DNA of 64,000 nucleotides from Abditibacteriaceae bacterium. Its GTDB lineage: Bacteria; Armatimonadota; Abditibacteriia; Abditibacteriales; Abditibacteriaceae. Below, piece after piece: positions 48,900-60,187 of this stretch. Position numbers and translations under genes: made by a program. The notes under the pieces were generated by a model, which ran no database searches, was not told the origin of the DNA, and saw only the letters and a program-made list of their open reading frames with translations. Position 1 is the first letter of the stretch, and each line of letters begins with the position of its first letter. The DNA lies in assembly GCA_965277285.1 (NCBI GenBank), contig OZ255721.1, positions 2,688,001 through 2,752,000 of the forward strand, written 5' to 3'.

Positions 48900-51800
48900 T
48901 TAAGCCGCCAAAACTTCACTTTCCTCGCGCGTTCGAGTACTCGATTCGCTGCCGTCGTCATCCACCAACTTGACCGACACGATTTTGGAAACGCCCTGAT
49001 CTTGCATCGTGACGCCGTATAAAACATCCGCCGCTTGCATCGTTCCGTTGTTGTGCGTGATGACGATGAACTGCGTTTTGTCGGTGAATTCGCGCAGCAG
49101 TTGAGAAAAACGTCCGACGTTGCTTTGATCCAACGGCGCATCGACTTCATCCAAAACCACAAACGGGCTGGGATGAACACGCAGCAACGCCAACATAAAA
49201 CTCAACGCTGTCAAAGCGCGTTCGCCGCCTGAAAGCAGCGAAATATCCTGCGCGCCTTTGCCTGGCGGTTGCACGCGCAAATCGATGCCGGTTTCCAGAA
49301 GATTATCGGGGTCGGTCAGCGTCAGTTGCGTCGAGCCGCCATCGAAAACGCGCTGGAACAGTTCATCGAAAGCGACTTGCACACCTTTGAACGTCGCCAT
49401 GAAACGTTCGCGCGTGCGGCCATCAATGTCGGCGATGATGTCTTCTAATTGCGCGCGCGACGTGTTCAAATCGTCGCACTGCGTAGTGAGAAAATCCAAG
49501 CGTTCTTTGACTTGCTCGTGCTGCTCAATCGCGCCAACGTTGACGTGTCCTAAACCGCCAACTTTTTCTTTCAAGACTTCGATTTCGTCGAGCGCGCTTT
49601 GCTTGCTTTCGATGTCATCGCGGTGCGGCAACGCCAGTTCAACACTCATCGAAAACTCTTCCTCGAAGCGACGTTCCAGGTCGGCGATTTCAGTTTCGGT
49701 CGAGGCGAGTTTCACTTCGGTGCGATGCAGTTCGTCTTCGGCTTCGTGCAACTTGGCGCGCGAAAGGCGCAATTGAGTACTCGTTTCCTGCACTTTCGCC
49801 AAACCACTTTGACGGTTTTCGCGCCATTGAATCAAGGCTTTTTCCAGTTCGTCGCGGCGCGTTTGCAACTGCGCCAGGTTGCTGATGTGTTCGGCTTCGC
49901 GCGAAATCAGCAATTGATCTTCGCCGGACGCGCGCGCAATCGTCGCTTGCTTGCTTCCGATTTGAGCCGTGAACTCGCGGATTTGGCGTTCGAGTTCGGC
50001 CACGGCGCGGCGCATGGCGCTTTGGCGTTCCTGCGTCGCGGAGTATTCGGCGCGCACGTCGGCTACGCCGTTCGCCACTTCGTCGCGCTCGCTTTGACGC
50101 TGCGCCACAATTTTTTGCGCAGACGCGACTTCAGCATCCAAAAGGCGCGCTTCATTGTCCAAACGCTTCGCTTCGCTTTCATGATCGTCCTGCGACGATT
50201 GGCGACTTTCGACTTTGTGTTTGATAGCCGCGATTTGCGATTGCGTCGCTTCCACGTTGGTTTTCACGCGTCGTGCTTCGCGTTCGCCGTGCTCGACTTC
50301 GCGCTCCTGACGCGCGATTTGCGAACGCACTTCGTTCGCGTTTTCCTGTCTGGCACGCAAGGCGTTTTGTGCGACTTCAATTCGTTCGCGCAAGGTTTGC
50401 AAGTCTTGGGTGCGGCTTTCGAGTACTCGATTGAGTTCTTCGCCGCGCGCTTCGAGTTCGTCCAATTCGCGTTTACGCGCTAAAAGTCCGCTGGATTTCG
50501 CTTTGCCTTGACCGCCGGTAATCGCGCCCGCTGGCAAAACCAATTCGCCGTCAATGGTAACCAAGCGCATTCCGCCGTCGCAGCGTTTGGCGAGATTAAT
50601 TGCGGTTTCCAAATCGTCCACGATGATGAAACGACCAAGCAGGTATTCGACCGCTGGCTCGAAGAAATCGTCGCACGAAACTAAATCCGCCGCGATGCCG
50701 CGCACGCCACGTTCCTGCAAAAGTCGCTTCGTCTTTTCCGTCGTTTCGTTGATGCGCAGGTTGTTCAACGGCAAAAACGTGGCGCGTCCGGCCTGATTGG
50801 TTTTGAGGTAAGCAATCGCGGTTTTGGCGTCCGTGTCGTGTGCGCAAACCAAGTTGTTGATGTTGGCGGCGAGCGAAACTTCAATCGCCTGCTCGAGTTC
50901 TTTGGGAGCGCGCACGATGTCGGCGACCAGCGTATATTCGTCGGGAAGTTGGCCACGTTTGACGGCGCTCAAGACCGAACGCGCGCCGCCCTGCACACCT
51001 TCCAGGTTTTCTTCCAGTTCGCGCAACGTCTTTAAGCGGCTTTGACTTCCCGAACGTTCTTCGCGCGCCTTGGAAAGTTCGTCAGACGCTTTCGAGTACT
51101 CGATTTGCGCACTTTGAACGGTTTCGCGCGCGGCTCCAACTTCAATTTCTACGGCTTTGGCTTTGTCGCGCGACGTTTGCAATTCGTCGCGCGTGCGCGT
51201 TTGCATCTGCGTGACGTTGGCGTTTTCTTCGTTCAGCGACGACAAGAGTTTTTCTAAATCTTGCAAGCGGTTTTGCAAGGCTTGCGCTTCGGCGCGTCCA
51301 CCGGCGGCAGCTTCGCGTTTTTGTTGACCAGCGCGCATCAGTTCAATGACGCGACTTTGCTTTTGTTGCAATTCGCGCGTCGCTTCACTTAATGCAGCAA
51401 CGGCTGCGCCAAGTTTCGCTTCGGCATCGGCGGCGCCACTTGAAAGATTTCCCGAATCGCGCACGGCTTCGTCCAGTTCGCGTCTTTGCGTCGTCGCACT
51501 TTCCTGCGCGGCGTTGATTCTGGCGCGCAAAAGTCCGATTTCCTGAGCCTGAAACTCCTGCTGTTCGGTCAGGGCGCGACGGCGTTCGCGCGCGACAGCG
51601 ATGGTGCCTTCAGTCGCTTTCAAGCGCGACACAACGTCCGTCGTTTCACTTTGCAAACTGTCCATTTGCGCTTCGAGTTCGCGCATCTGCGCTTCGAGAG
51701 TTCGTTCGGCGTTTTCCAGGTTTTCGATGCGATCCGTTTCAAAATGAACCGTGCGACTGGACAACGTTTTGGTTTCGTCCAAGGCGACTTTGCGCTTCTG

Positions 51801-52511
51801 TCGGACATCGTATTCACGCGCCAGAATCGCCAGTTGCAGTTCGCGTAAACGTCGTGCGTAATTGTCGTATTCGCGCGCGAGTTCGGCTTGTTGCGCGAGC
51901 GGCAAAAGCTGACTTTCGAGTTCGGTTGTAATATCGAGTACTCGAAGCAAATCGGTTTCGACGTGATCGAGTTTGCGCCGCGTTTCGCTTCGCCGCGCGC
52001 GATATTTCTGCACGCCCGCCGCGCCTTCGATGAGACCGCGACGATCTTCGGCTTTGGCGCTCAAGATCGAATCAATTTCGCTTTGCGAGATGATGGTATA
52101 AGCGTCAGGCCCAACGCCGGTATCGAGGAACAAATCGGTCACATCACGCAGACGCGATTTCGCTTTGTTGATGGAATATTCGCTTTCGCCATCGCGGAAA
52201 ATGCGGCGCGTCACCTGAACTTCAGGAAAGTCGAGCGGCAAAGTTTTGTCGGCGTTGTCGAAAAACAGCGAGACTTCAGCCATTCCCATCAGCTTGCGGT
52301 CGGCGGCGCCGTTAAAAATCACATCGGTCGGCGCATGACCGCGCAACGCTTTGTGCGAGCGTTCGCCCAGCGCCCACAAAATGCCGTCCACGATGTTCGA
52401 TTTACCGGAACCATTTGGTCCGACAATGGCGGTAATGCCTTGGCCAAATGTCAGAGAAGTATCGTCAGCGAAGGTTTTGAAACCGGACAGCGCGAGAGAT
52501 TTGAGGTACAT
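48900..52511 (-). CDS. smc: Chromosome segregation protein SMC
   Basis: GFKTFA, GPNGSGKSN, coiled coils, hinge GRATFLPL, LSGGE, LDEVDAPLD. Confidence 0.97.
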   Translation of the reverse strand: MYLKSLALSGFKTFADDTSLTFGQGITAIVGPNGSGKSNIVDGILWALGERSHKALRGHAPTDVIFNGAADRKLMGMAEVSLFFDNADKTLPLDFPEVQVTRRIFRDGESEYSINKAKSRLRDVTDLFLDTGVGPDAYTIISQSEIDSILSAKAEDRRGLIEGAAGVQKYRARRSETRRKLDHVETDLLRVLDITTELESQLLPLAQQAELAREYDNYARRLRELQLAILAREYDVRQKRKVALDETKTLSSRTVHFETDRIENLENAERTLEAQMRELEAQMDSLQSETTDVVSRLKATEGTIAVARERRRALTEQQEFQAQEIGLLRARINAAQESATTQRRELDEAVRDSGNLSSGAADAEAKLGAAVAALSEATRELQQKQSRVIELMRAGQQKREAAAGGRAEAQALQNRLQDLEKLLSSLNEENANVTQMQTRTRDELQTSRDKAKAVEIEVGAARETVQSAQIEYSKASDELSKAREERSGSQSRLKTLRELEENLEGVQGGARSVLSAVKRGQLPDEYTLVADIVRAPKELEQAIEVSLAANINNLVCAHDTDAKTAIAYLKTNQAGRATFLPLNNLRINETTEKTKRLLQERGVRGIAADLVSCDDFFEPAVEYLLGRFIIVDDLETAINLAKRCDGGMRLVTIDGELVLPAGAITGGQGKAKSSGLLARKRELDELEARGEELNRVLESRTQDLQTLRERIEVAQNALRARQENANEVRSQIARQEREVEHGEREARRVKTNVEATQSQIAAIKHKVESRQSSQDDHESEAKRLDNEARLLDAEVASAQKIVAQRQSERDEVANGVADVRAEYSATQERQSAMRRAVAELERQIREFTAQIGSKQATIARASGEDQLLISREAEHISNLAQLQTRRDELEKALIQWRENRQSGLAKVQETSTQLRLSRAKLHEAEDELHRTEVKLASTETEIADLERRFEEEFSMSVELALPHRDDIESKQSALDEIEVLKEKVGGLGHVNVGAIEQHEQVKERLDFLTTQCDDLNTSRAQLEDIIADIDGRTRERFMATFKGVQVAFDELFQRVFDGGSTQLTLTDPDNLLETGIDLRVQPPGKGAQDISLLSGGERALTALSFMLALLRVHPSPFVVLDEVDAPLDQSNVGRFSQLLREFTDKTQFIVITHNNGTMQAADVLYGVTMQDQGVSKIVSVKLVDDDGSESSTRTREESEVLAA

Positions 52512-53027
52512 ATTGCGAGGAAAATCGAGTACTCGAAAGCGTCTTGAAAGCGAATGTTGGCGCGACTTGGTGTAGGGAATTATAGTAGTAAGAATCAATT
52601 TGTGAAACTCATAGCAGGGAGGCTGACGCCCTCTTTCAATCGGTTACATGCACATTTGATTGGAAGAGGGCGTCAGCCCCGCTTTTCTCATTGGCGAAAG
52701 TCGTGCGCCATAGAAGAAAGGAAGTTCTATTTGAATGCAATGTGGTTGTAACAACTCTGCGCTAAAATAAACGTCATTCCGCTGCGAAACTTTGCTTTCG
52801 CCTTTGCCAAATCTCTCGCAGATTGCTCTTTCGAGATTTAGGCGTCGCACCTCTTTTTCATTTCCCCGCTGTTTCTCGCGCCGCATCGCCATGCTCGCTC
52901 GACTTGTTTTCTCGACAATCGAGTACTCGAACGCTTTGCGCCGCACTCCTCGATTCGTGACGCAAAAGGCGAATTCTCCTATTCGCAAGGGCGTCGCGCC
53001 TCGCTATTTCCTCCTGATCGTTTCCAA

Positions 53028-53133
53028 TAGTTACGCCGACTTCGTTTGCCAAAACAACGCAAGTTTTCGCTATTTCTTCTGAAAAAGTTGCGTTCAAGTC
53101 GCGCCGTTTTTGCGAACGCCAGCTTGCGTAACC
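53028..53133. repeat. About 105-bp imperfect palindrome; second copy at 55181-55283
   Basis: TAGTTACGC..ACTTCGTT.GC.AAAAC..CGCAAG ... GTTGCGTT.AAGTCGCG..GTTTT.GCGAACG shared by both copies. Confidence 0.8.
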
Positions 53134-53152
53134 GTTTTTGCGGAGGTTTCTC

Positions 53153-55183
53153 ATGTCGAATGACATTTTGCAGCAATTGGTTCAGGCGCACGATACGCAG
53201 CACTACAAAAGCCTGACGTGGGAAGGCGATTTCGCCGCTTACCTCGACTTGGTCAAACAAAACCCGTGGCTGGCGCAAACCGCCTATCAGCGACTTTACG
53301 GCATGATTTTGTCGTATGGCTTTGAAGAATACACGGAAAACCGCGAAACCATCACGCGCTACGGTTTCTTTTCCGATCCGTTCGACGATGGCCGCGACGC
53401 CATTTTCGGGCTGGACAAAACCTTGATGCACCTCGTCCAAATCTTCAAAAGCGCGGCACGCGGCTATGGCACTGAAAAACGCGTTTTGTTGTTGCACGGG
53501 CCGGTTGGTTCGTCCAAATCGACGATTGTGCGCTTGCTCAAAAAAGGCATGGAATCGTATTCCAAAACCGATGAAGGCGCGCTCTATTCGTTTTCGTGGA
53601 AGAACGACGATGGTTCTGTTTTGCCTTGCCCGATGAACGAAGAGCCTTTGCATCTGGTGCCGCAGGAATTGCGCGCGCAACTGGAAGAATTGCTCAACGA
53701 AGGCCGCGATGACGACAAATGGATTCGCATCCGCGGCGACTTGTGTCCGATGTGTCGCTTCATGTTCCGCGAAGAATTGAAAAAAGCGGGCGGCGAATGG
53801 CAACGAGTACTCGATAAAATCCTCGTGCGCCGCGTTGTATTGAGCGAACAAGATCGTGTCGGCATCGGCACGTTTCAGCCCAAGGACGAAAAAAACCAGG
53901 ATTCGACCGAACTGACGGGCGATATCAACTATCGCAAAATCGCGGAATACGGTTCGGAATCTGACCCACGCGCCTTCAACTTCGATGGCGAGTTCAATAT
54001 CGCCAACAGAGGTTTGGTCGAATTTGTCGAAGTTCTCAAACTCGATGTCGCCTTTTTGTACGACTTGCTGGGCGCGTCTCAAGAACACAAAATCAAGCCG
54101 AAGCGCTTTCCGCAAACCGACATCGACGAAGTGATTATCGGTCACACCAACTCGCCGGAATACAAAAAGCTGCAATCGAATGAGTTCATGGAAGCGTTGC
54201 GCGACCGCACGGTGAAAGTCGATGTGCCTTATAACATCAAGCTGAGCGACGAAATCCGCATTTACGAGCGCGATTACAACAGCAAAGAAGTCAAAGGCAA
54301 GCATATCGCGCCGCACACGCTGGAAATGGCGGCGATGTGGGCGGTTTTAACGAGATTGGAAGAACCCAAGAAAGCCGATTTGACGCTGCTGCAAAAGCTG
54401 AAACTTTACGACGGAAAAACGCTTCCCGGCTATACCGACGACAACATCCGCGAACTGAAAACCGAAGCTCCGCACGAAGGTTTGGAAGGCATTTCGCCGC
54501 GCTATGTGCAGGACAAAATCTCGAACGCTCTGGTCGCCGACGGCACGGGAACCAGCGTCAACCCGTTCATGGTGATGAACGAATTGGAAGGCGGTTTGAC
54601 GCATCATTCGCTGATCAATTCGGAAGAAACCAAAAAGCGTTACCGCGAATTGCTGTCGATTGTCAAAGGCGAATACGACGACATCGTGAAAAGCGAAGTG
54701 CAACGCGCCATCGCCTCTGACGAAGCCGCCCTGAAGCGCCTGAGTTCCAACTACATCGACAACGTGAACGCTTACGTCTCGAAAGAGAAAGTGAAGAATC
54801 GCTTCACGGGCGCCGACGAACAACCCGACGAACGCTTGATGCGCTCGATTGAGGAGAAAATCGACATTCCCGAAAGCCGCAAAGACGACTTCCGCCGCGA
54901 GATTATGAACTACATCGGAAGCCTGGCTTTGCAAGGCAAAGTGTTCGCCTTTGATTCCAATCCGCGCCTGCACAAAGCCTTGGAACTGAAGCTGTTCGAG
55001 GATCAGAAAGATTCGATCAAGCTGACGAGTCTGGTTTCCAACGTGGTGGACAAGGACACGCAGGAGAAAATCGAGATCGTCAAAACGCGTTTGGTCAAAG
55101 AATTTGGCTACGACGACCAAAGCGCCAACGACGTGCTGCAATACGTCGCCAGCATCTTCGCACGCGGCGATTCATCGAAATAG
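53153..55183 (+). CDS. prkA: PrkA/YeaG family AAA+ protein (annotated serine kinase)
   Basis: [50 protein letters not shown]. Confidence 0.93.
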   Translation: MSNDILQQLVQAHDTQHYKSLTWEGDFAAYLDLVKQNPWLAQTAYQRLYGMILSYGFEEYTENRETITRYGFFSDPFDDGRDAIFGLDKTLMHLVQIFKSAARGYGTEKRVLLLHGPVGSSKSTIVRLLKKGMESYSKTDEGALYSFSWKNDDGSVLPCPMNEEPLHLVPQELRAQLEELLNEGRDDDKWIRIRGDLCPMCRFMFREELKKAGGEWQRVLDKILVRRVVLSEQDRVGIGTFQPKDEKNQDSTELTGDINYRKIAEYGSESDPRAFNFDGEFNIANRGLVEFVEVLKLDVAFLYDLLGASQEHKIKPKRFPQTDIDEVIIGHTNSPEYKKLQSNEFMEALRDRTVKVDVPYNIKLSDEIRIYERDYNSKEVKGKHIAPHTLEMAAMWAVLTRLEEPKKADLTLLQKLKLYDGKTLPGYTDDNIRELKTEAPHEGLEGISPRYVQDKISNALVADGTGTSVNPFMVMNELEGGLTHHSLINSEETKKRYRELLSIVKGEYDDIVKSEVQRAIASDEAALKRLSSNYIDNVNAYVSKEKVKNRFTGADEQPDERLMRSIEEKIDIPESRKDDFRREIMNYIGSLALQGKVFAFDSNPRLHKALELKLFEDQKDSIKLTSLVSNVVDKDTQEKIEIVKTRLVKEFGYDDQSANDVLQYVASIFARGDSSK

Positions 55184-55298
55184 TTACGCTAACTTCGTTC
55201 GCAAAAACGGCGCAAGCGAACGCCACTTTTCAAAAGAGTTGCGTTTAAGTCGCGTTGTTTTGGCGAACGAAGTTAGCGGAACCATACAAAGGGAAATT

Positions 55299-55706
55299 GT
55301 GAAGATTCGAGTACTCGAAACATCGCTTTACGTTGATGATTTGGACAAATCGGAAGCGTTTTACCGCGATTTATTCGGCTGGGAAACGCTGTTATCCGAC
55401 GAGCGAATGCGCGCCTTGAACGTGAACGATACCAACGTGTTGCTGCTCTTCAAAAAAGGTGGCACAACCGACGGTGAAAGAGTTCCTGGCGGCTTCATTC
55501 CACCGCACGATGCGAGCGGCCAGATTCATTTGTGTTTTGCCATTGAACGCGAAGACTTGGACAAATGGAATCGAGTACTCGAATCGCATAATGTTGAAAT
55601 CATCAGCACAGTTTTTCCACCGCGCGGCGGCACGAGCTTGTATTTCCGTGACGTGGACGGACATTTGATTGAGTTAGCGACGCCTGGCATTTGGGAGATT
55701 TATTGA
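55299..55706 (+). CDS. VOC/glyoxalase family protein
   Basis: ETSLYVDDL..SEAFY, HLCFAI, SLYFRD.DGHLIELATPG. Confidence 0.88.
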   Translation: MKIRVLETSLYVDDLDKSEAFYRDLFGWETLLSDERMRALNVNDTNVLLLFKKGGTTDGERVPGGFIPPHDASGQIHLCFAIEREDLDKWNRVLESHNVEIISTVFPPRGGTSLYFRDVDGHLIELATPGIWEIY

Positions 55707-56300
55707 ATGTTTCGCTACTTCCGCGACCCACACAACTTTTCGACTTACACCACAGAGCCGCACAAATGCGAACTTTGCGGAGAGCAACGTCCTTGCTATG
55801 AAGGCCCGTTCTACGGCTTAGCTGACCTTGATTTTACTTGCGAGGAATGTATCGCTTCAGGTCGGTTGGCAGAAGACGATTTTCAAACCAATCAAACAGA
55901 TGCTGAAACTCTTTTCAAGCAGTTGCGAATGTTGAACCCGAAACTCTGGACTGACGACCTCGAAAGAATGGCCGCAGAGCGAAGCGCAGAAGTGGAGCAA
56001 AGAACGCCTCATCTCGTGACGTGGCAGGATATGCAATGGCCAGCGCACTGCGGCGATTATTGTTGTTTCATCAAAGGTGCGGGCATCGCTGATTTTGGGA
56101 AATTGGCACCAGACGGCAACGCACAGGCTTTCTTCCAATCGCACCTTTACGGGCGCGACAAAGAAACAGATTTAGATTTCCTATGGAAGGCTGTCCGCGA
56201 AGATTCGCCGCAAAACAACAAGGAATCGTACTGGACAGAAACCTATTTATTTCAGTGCTTGCACTGCGGCGAATACGTAATCCGCTGGGATTGCAATTGA
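55707..56300 (+). CDS. CbrC (UPF0167) family protein
   Basis: FRYF.DP, CxxC, CxxCIASG, RTP...WQ...W..HCGDYC, YLFQCLHCG. Confidence 0.85.
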   Translation: MFRYFRDPHNFSTYTTEPHKCELCGEQRPCYEGPFYGLADLDFTCEECIASGRLAEDDFQTNQTDAETLFKQLRMLNPKLWTDDLERMAAERSAEVEQRTPHLVTWQDMQWPAHCGDYCCFIKGAGIADFGKLAPDGNAQAFFQSHLYGRDKETDLDFLWKAVREDSPQNNKESYWTETYLFQCLHCGEYVIRWDCN

Positions 56301-56312
56301 TGGAGTAATCGA

Positions 56313-57410
56313 ATGGCACAACGCATTGAAGGTGATAGCGCGCGGTTTCGTAACATCGTGCGCGGCAAAATCAAGGAGCAACTCAAAGGCTACATCTCCA
56401 ATGGCGAGATGATTGGCAAGAAAGGGCGCGATCTCGTCTCGATTCCCCTCCCGCAAATCTCGCTGCCGCAGTTTCGCTACGGGCAAAAGCAAACCGGCGG
56501 CGTTGGTGAAGGCGAAGGCGATGTCGGCGACCCGATGAATGGCAAACCCGGCAACGGTCAGGGCGCCGGACACCAAGCAGGAACGCACATTTTGGAAGTC
56601 GATGTTTCGCTGGAAGAGTTGGCGGCTTTGATGGGCGAAGAACTGGAACTGCCTAACATCGAGCCGCGCGGACAAAAAAACATTTCGCAGCAAGCCGATA
56701 AATATACCGGCATTTCCACCGTCGGGCCGAACTCGCTGCGCCATTTCAAACGCACTTACAAACAAGCGTTGCGGCGTCAGGTTCTCTCCGGCGAATACAA
56801 CGCGCTCGACCCCAAAATTGTGCCCGTGCGCGAAGATACGCGTTATCGGACGTGGAATCCGGTTTTGCTGCCCGAAGCGAACGCCGTGATTCTTTACGCG
56901 ATGGACGTTTCGGGTTCGATGGGCGATGAGCAAAAAGAAACCGTGCGCATTACTTCTTTCTGGATCGATACATGGCTGCAATCGCAATATAAAAACGTCA
57001 GTCGCTGTTATGTAATTCACGATACGCAGGCGCGCGAAGTCGATGAACACACGTTTTATCACACGCGCGAAAGCGGCGGGACGAAGATTAGTAGCGCGTA
57101 TCGAGTACTCGATTCGATAATCGACGAGCGGTTTTCGCCCAACGATTGGAACATCTACGTTTTTCATTTTTCCGATGGCGACAATTGGGACGACGACAAT
57201 CGTTCGTGCGCCGAATTGTTGTCGCAAACCTTGCTGCCCAAAGTCAATCAGTTTTGCTACGGCCAAGTCGCCAGCTATTGGGGTTCGGGCAAGTTCCTGT
57301 CGGAATTGTTCGACAAGTTTGAAGACGACGACAAAGTTGTCACCTCCGAAATCGCCGCACGCGAAGATATTTTGAAAGCGATCAAAAGTTTTCTGGGGAA
57401 AGGTCGATGA
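56313..57410 (+). CDS. DUF444 (YeaH/YhbH) vWA-like protein
   Basis: MDVSGSM, ESGGTKISSAY, FHFSDGDNW; lies in the prkA-spoVR operon. Confidence 0.92.
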   Translation: MAQRIEGDSARFRNIVRGKIKEQLKGYISNGEMIGKKGRDLVSIPLPQISLPQFRYGQKQTGGVGEGEGDVGDPMNGKPGNGQGAGHQAGTHILEVDVSLEELAALMGEELELPNIEPRGQKNISQQADKYTGISTVGPNSLRHFKRTYKQALRRQVLSGEYNALDPKIVPVREDTRYRTWNPVLLPEANAVILYAMDVSGSMGDEQKETVRITSFWIDTWLQSQYKNVSRCYVIHDTQAREVDEHTFYHTRESGGTKISSAYRVLDSIIDERFSPNDWNIYVFHFSDGDNWDDDNRSCAELLSQTLLPKVNQFCYGQVASYWGSGKFLSELFDKFEDDDKVVTSEIAAREDILKAIKSFLGKGR

Positions 57411-58000
57411 ACTTCTTTACACGCAACGCAAAACAAACGTTGGAGGAATGGGGGACGAAGTCCGTTCGTTTTTACCGAACATTGGGATTCTTCAATCAAT
57501 ATAACGCTTTGAGCGATGAGGATTTATCTGATCAACTGCTGTCTTTGCACGGGTTGGAATGGGGCGAGAACATTGATCCGAAAGATGAACTGGCCGACCT
57601 GCAATTTCTAAAATGGGATGAGGAACGTGTTTGGTGGCAAGACACCGAAGCTGATGTTTGCGGCGAAAACAAAGTTTACGTTCAGACTTTGCTGGAGTGG
57701 GGACACATCTCGCGCGGTGCATTCAAACCCACGAACATTGAAGAAACTTGGCAAAGCGAAGAAGGCCCGATTGCAGTCGCCTTTTCTCTGGACAACACGC
57801 AACACTCTATTCGACCAAGTTATCAAGACGATTACATTGATTTGTCTGTAGTTCCGCAAATCAACAATCTGATTGCTGATTCAAACTTGCGCTTTGAAAT
57901 CCATACGATCTTCGATCAAACGGCTTTCATTGTTATGTTAACGCCAGAAGAAAAGCGGCTTATCGAAAGAGAACGAAAACTAAATTTTGTGCAACATTGA
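57407..58000 (+). CDS. Hypothetical protein
   Basis: 197-aa ORF with ATGA overlap to the upstream gene. Confidence 0.65.
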   Translation: MNFFTRNAKQTLEEWGTKSVRFYRTLGFFNQYNALSDEDLSDQLLSLHGLEWGENIDPKDELADLQFLKWDEERVWWQDTEADVCGENKVYVQTLLEWGHISRGAFKPTNIEETWQSEEGPIAVAFSLDNTQHSIRPSYQDDYIDLSVVPQINNLIADSNLRFEIHTIFDQTAFIVMLTPEEKRLIERERKLNFVQH

Positions 58001-58024
58001 GTACTCGAAGAGGAGGTCAAAGCC

Positions 58025-59485
58025 ATGATTACCCAATCGCAAATTCACCAACTTCAAGCCGACATCGAAAGTCATGCGCGTGCGATGGGTTTCGACTTTT
58101 TTCCGGTCGTTTATGAAATGCTCGATTATCGGCAGATAAGCGAAGTCGCGGCGTATGGCGGCTTTCCCTCGCGCTATCCGCACTGGAGTTTCGGCATGGA
58201 GTACGACCGATTGACCAAAGGCTACGGCTATGGTTTGCAGAAGATCTACGAAATGGTCGTCAACACGGATCCGGTTTACGCTTACTTGCTCGATTCCAAC
58301 CAGTTGGTCGACCAGAAACTCGTTATCGCGCACGTTTGCGGGCACGCGCATTTTTTCAAGCACAACTATATGTTCGCGCCAACCAATCGCAAAATGATGG
58401 ACGAAATGGCGAATCACGGCGCGCGCGTTCGCAAATACATGCAAAAGTTCGGCGTCGAAACCGTCGAGAACTTCATCGACTGTTGCCTGACGATTGAAGA
58501 TTTGATTGACCTTCACGCGCCGTTCATCAAGCGCACAGCCGACGAATCGAGTACTCGAATTGAGGAAGAATCGAGCGCAGACGACTTGTCGTTCTCGTCC
58601 AGCGGCTACATGAACCGCTACATCAATCCGCCGGAAGTGCTGGCTAAAGAACGTCAGCGTCGCCGCGAATTGTTGGATCAAGAGCAACGCTTTCCGCCGG
58701 AGCCACAAAAAGATGTTTTGCAATTTCTGCTGAATTACGCGCCGCTTTCGTCGTGGCAAAGCGATATTTTGTCGATGATCCGCGAGGAAGCGTATTATTT
58801 CGCGCCGCAGGGACAAACCAAGATCATGAACGAAGGTTGCGCGTGTTGGGCGCACACGCGCTTGATGACGCAGCACATTTTGCAGCCCGACGAAGTGATT
58901 GATTACGCCGATCATCACAGCGGAACGGTCGCGGCGCAACCTGGGCGCATGAATCCGTATCGCCTGGGTTTGGCCTTGTTAAATGACATCCAACGGCGCT
59001 GGGACATGGGACAATTCGGGCGCGATTGGGAAAATTGCGACGACTTGAAAGCGCGTCGCAATTGGAATACGAACGCAATGTTGGGCAAAGAAAAAGTCTT
59101 TGAAGTATGGCAGCATTTTAACGACATCACCTTTATCGACGAATTTTTGACGCCCGAATTCGTCGCCGAATATTTGTTCTTCGGCTACGCATGGGACGAC
59201 GATGTGGAGGCTTACACCGTCGCCACGCGCGACTTTCAAAAGATCAAAGAAAAGCTGCTATTCGGCCTGACCAATCACGGGCGACCGTTTATTTACGTGC
59301 AGGACGGCAACTTCCGCAATAGAGGCGAATTGTTGCTCAGTCATCGGCACGAAGGCATGGATTTGAAAGAAGACGAAGCACAGGACGTTTTGCGCAACAT
59401 CCACACGATCTGGAACCGTCCGGTTCACATCGAAATACAACGTGATGGCGAAACAATTTTGTTGAGCTATCCCGAAGAAAATTAA
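58025..59485 (+). CDS. SpoVR family protein
   Basis: YPHWSFG, KIYEMVVN, AHV.GH.HFFK, PQGQTKIMNEG, NPY.LG. Confidence 0.93.
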   Translation: MITQSQIHQLQADIESHARAMGFDFFPVVYEMLDYRQISEVAAYGGFPSRYPHWSFGMEYDRLTKGYGYGLQKIYEMVVNTDPVYAYLLDSNQLVDQKLVIAHVCGHAHFFKHNYMFAPTNRKMMDEMANHGARVRKYMQKFGVETVENFIDCCLTIEDLIDLHAPFIKRTADESSTRIEEESSADDLSFSSSGYMNRYINPPEVLAKERQRRRELLDQEQRFPPEPQKDVLQFLLNYAPLSSWQSDILSMIREEAYYFAPQGQTKIMNEGCACWAHTRLMTQHILQPDEVIDYADHHSGTVAAQPGRMNPYRLGLALLNDIQRRWDMGQFGRDWENCDDLKARRNWNTNAMLGKEKVFEVWQHFNDITFIDEFLTPEFVAEYLFFGYAWDDDVEAYTVATRDFQKIKEKLLFGLTNHGRPFIYVQDGNFRNRGELLLSHRHEGMDLKEDEAQDVLRNIHTIWNRPVHIEIQRDGETILLSYPEEN

Positions 59486-59606
59486 CCCAGAGGACGCGAA
59501 TCGGAAAGAGGAGTGTGAAAGGCGCTACGTACGGGCGAGGCATGCCTCGCCCGTACATCTCATTCCTTTTCTCACCTTCGCGGTGGAATCAAATGGAGGT
59601 GAAACC

Positions 59607-60113
59607 ATGTCCATCGGCACAAAATTGACGCAGGCGATACAAAAAGAAGCCGCCATGAAACGGCCTTTGCCACTCGAAGCGAGCGCGCAAGACGGAAATG
59701 TGAGCGCCACGACCAAATTGAACGATCACGACCGCTTGGGAAATCTGGCCGAAAACGTTCGCGTGCAAACGTCCGCGCCCGCGAGTTCGAGTACTCGAAG
59801 CAAGGCTGAAACGTTTGCCAACCGCGCGACGTATTTGCCCGAACGCTTGGGGTTTGTCGAAACTGATGCTGGAGGCAGCACGGTTTTGCGCTCGACGCCC
59901 GAAACGATGCGCGGCAAAAACAGCGAATACTTCGAGGCGAAAATTGGTGACAACGCGGTTTTACTCGAACGTTTCAAGCCAAAAACGTCCGGCGGTGGGC
60001 GCGACAATGTGCCGTTTTACGTCACGGACGACACGATTGGGCGCATCGCCGATGATGCGGCGCACGCGCTGCAAACGCCCATCAAGAAAACAAATGTGAA
60101 GAAAACGTCCTGA
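59607..60113 (+). CDS. Hypothetical protein
   Basis: Strong RBS GGAGGTGA before the ATG; 168 aa. Confidence 0.65.
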   Translation: MSIGTKLTQAIQKEAAMKRPLPLEASAQDGNVSATTKLNDHDRLGNLAENVRVQTSAPASSSTRSKAETFANRATYLPERLGFVETDAGGSTVLRSTPETMRGKNSEYFEAKIGDNAVLLERFKPKTSGGGRDNVPFYVTDDTIGRIADDAAHALQTPIKKTNVKKTS

Positions 60114-60187
60114 CAACATTGAACTGAGTTACGAAGGCATTCGGTTTGCCGCAGAAAGTTGAGAAATCTACTTCTCCAACTTTCTCT

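Noticed and set aside
35196..52511. dprA or smc as the cognate factor of the palindrome
   Set aside because: Both are ordinary widespread genes, motif density is not higher near them, and neither is known to bind DNA sequence-specifically.
52600..53030. ncRNA or riboswitch between smc and prkA
   Set aside because: Only a simple hairpin (52621-52678) is visible; no recognisable RNA family consensus.
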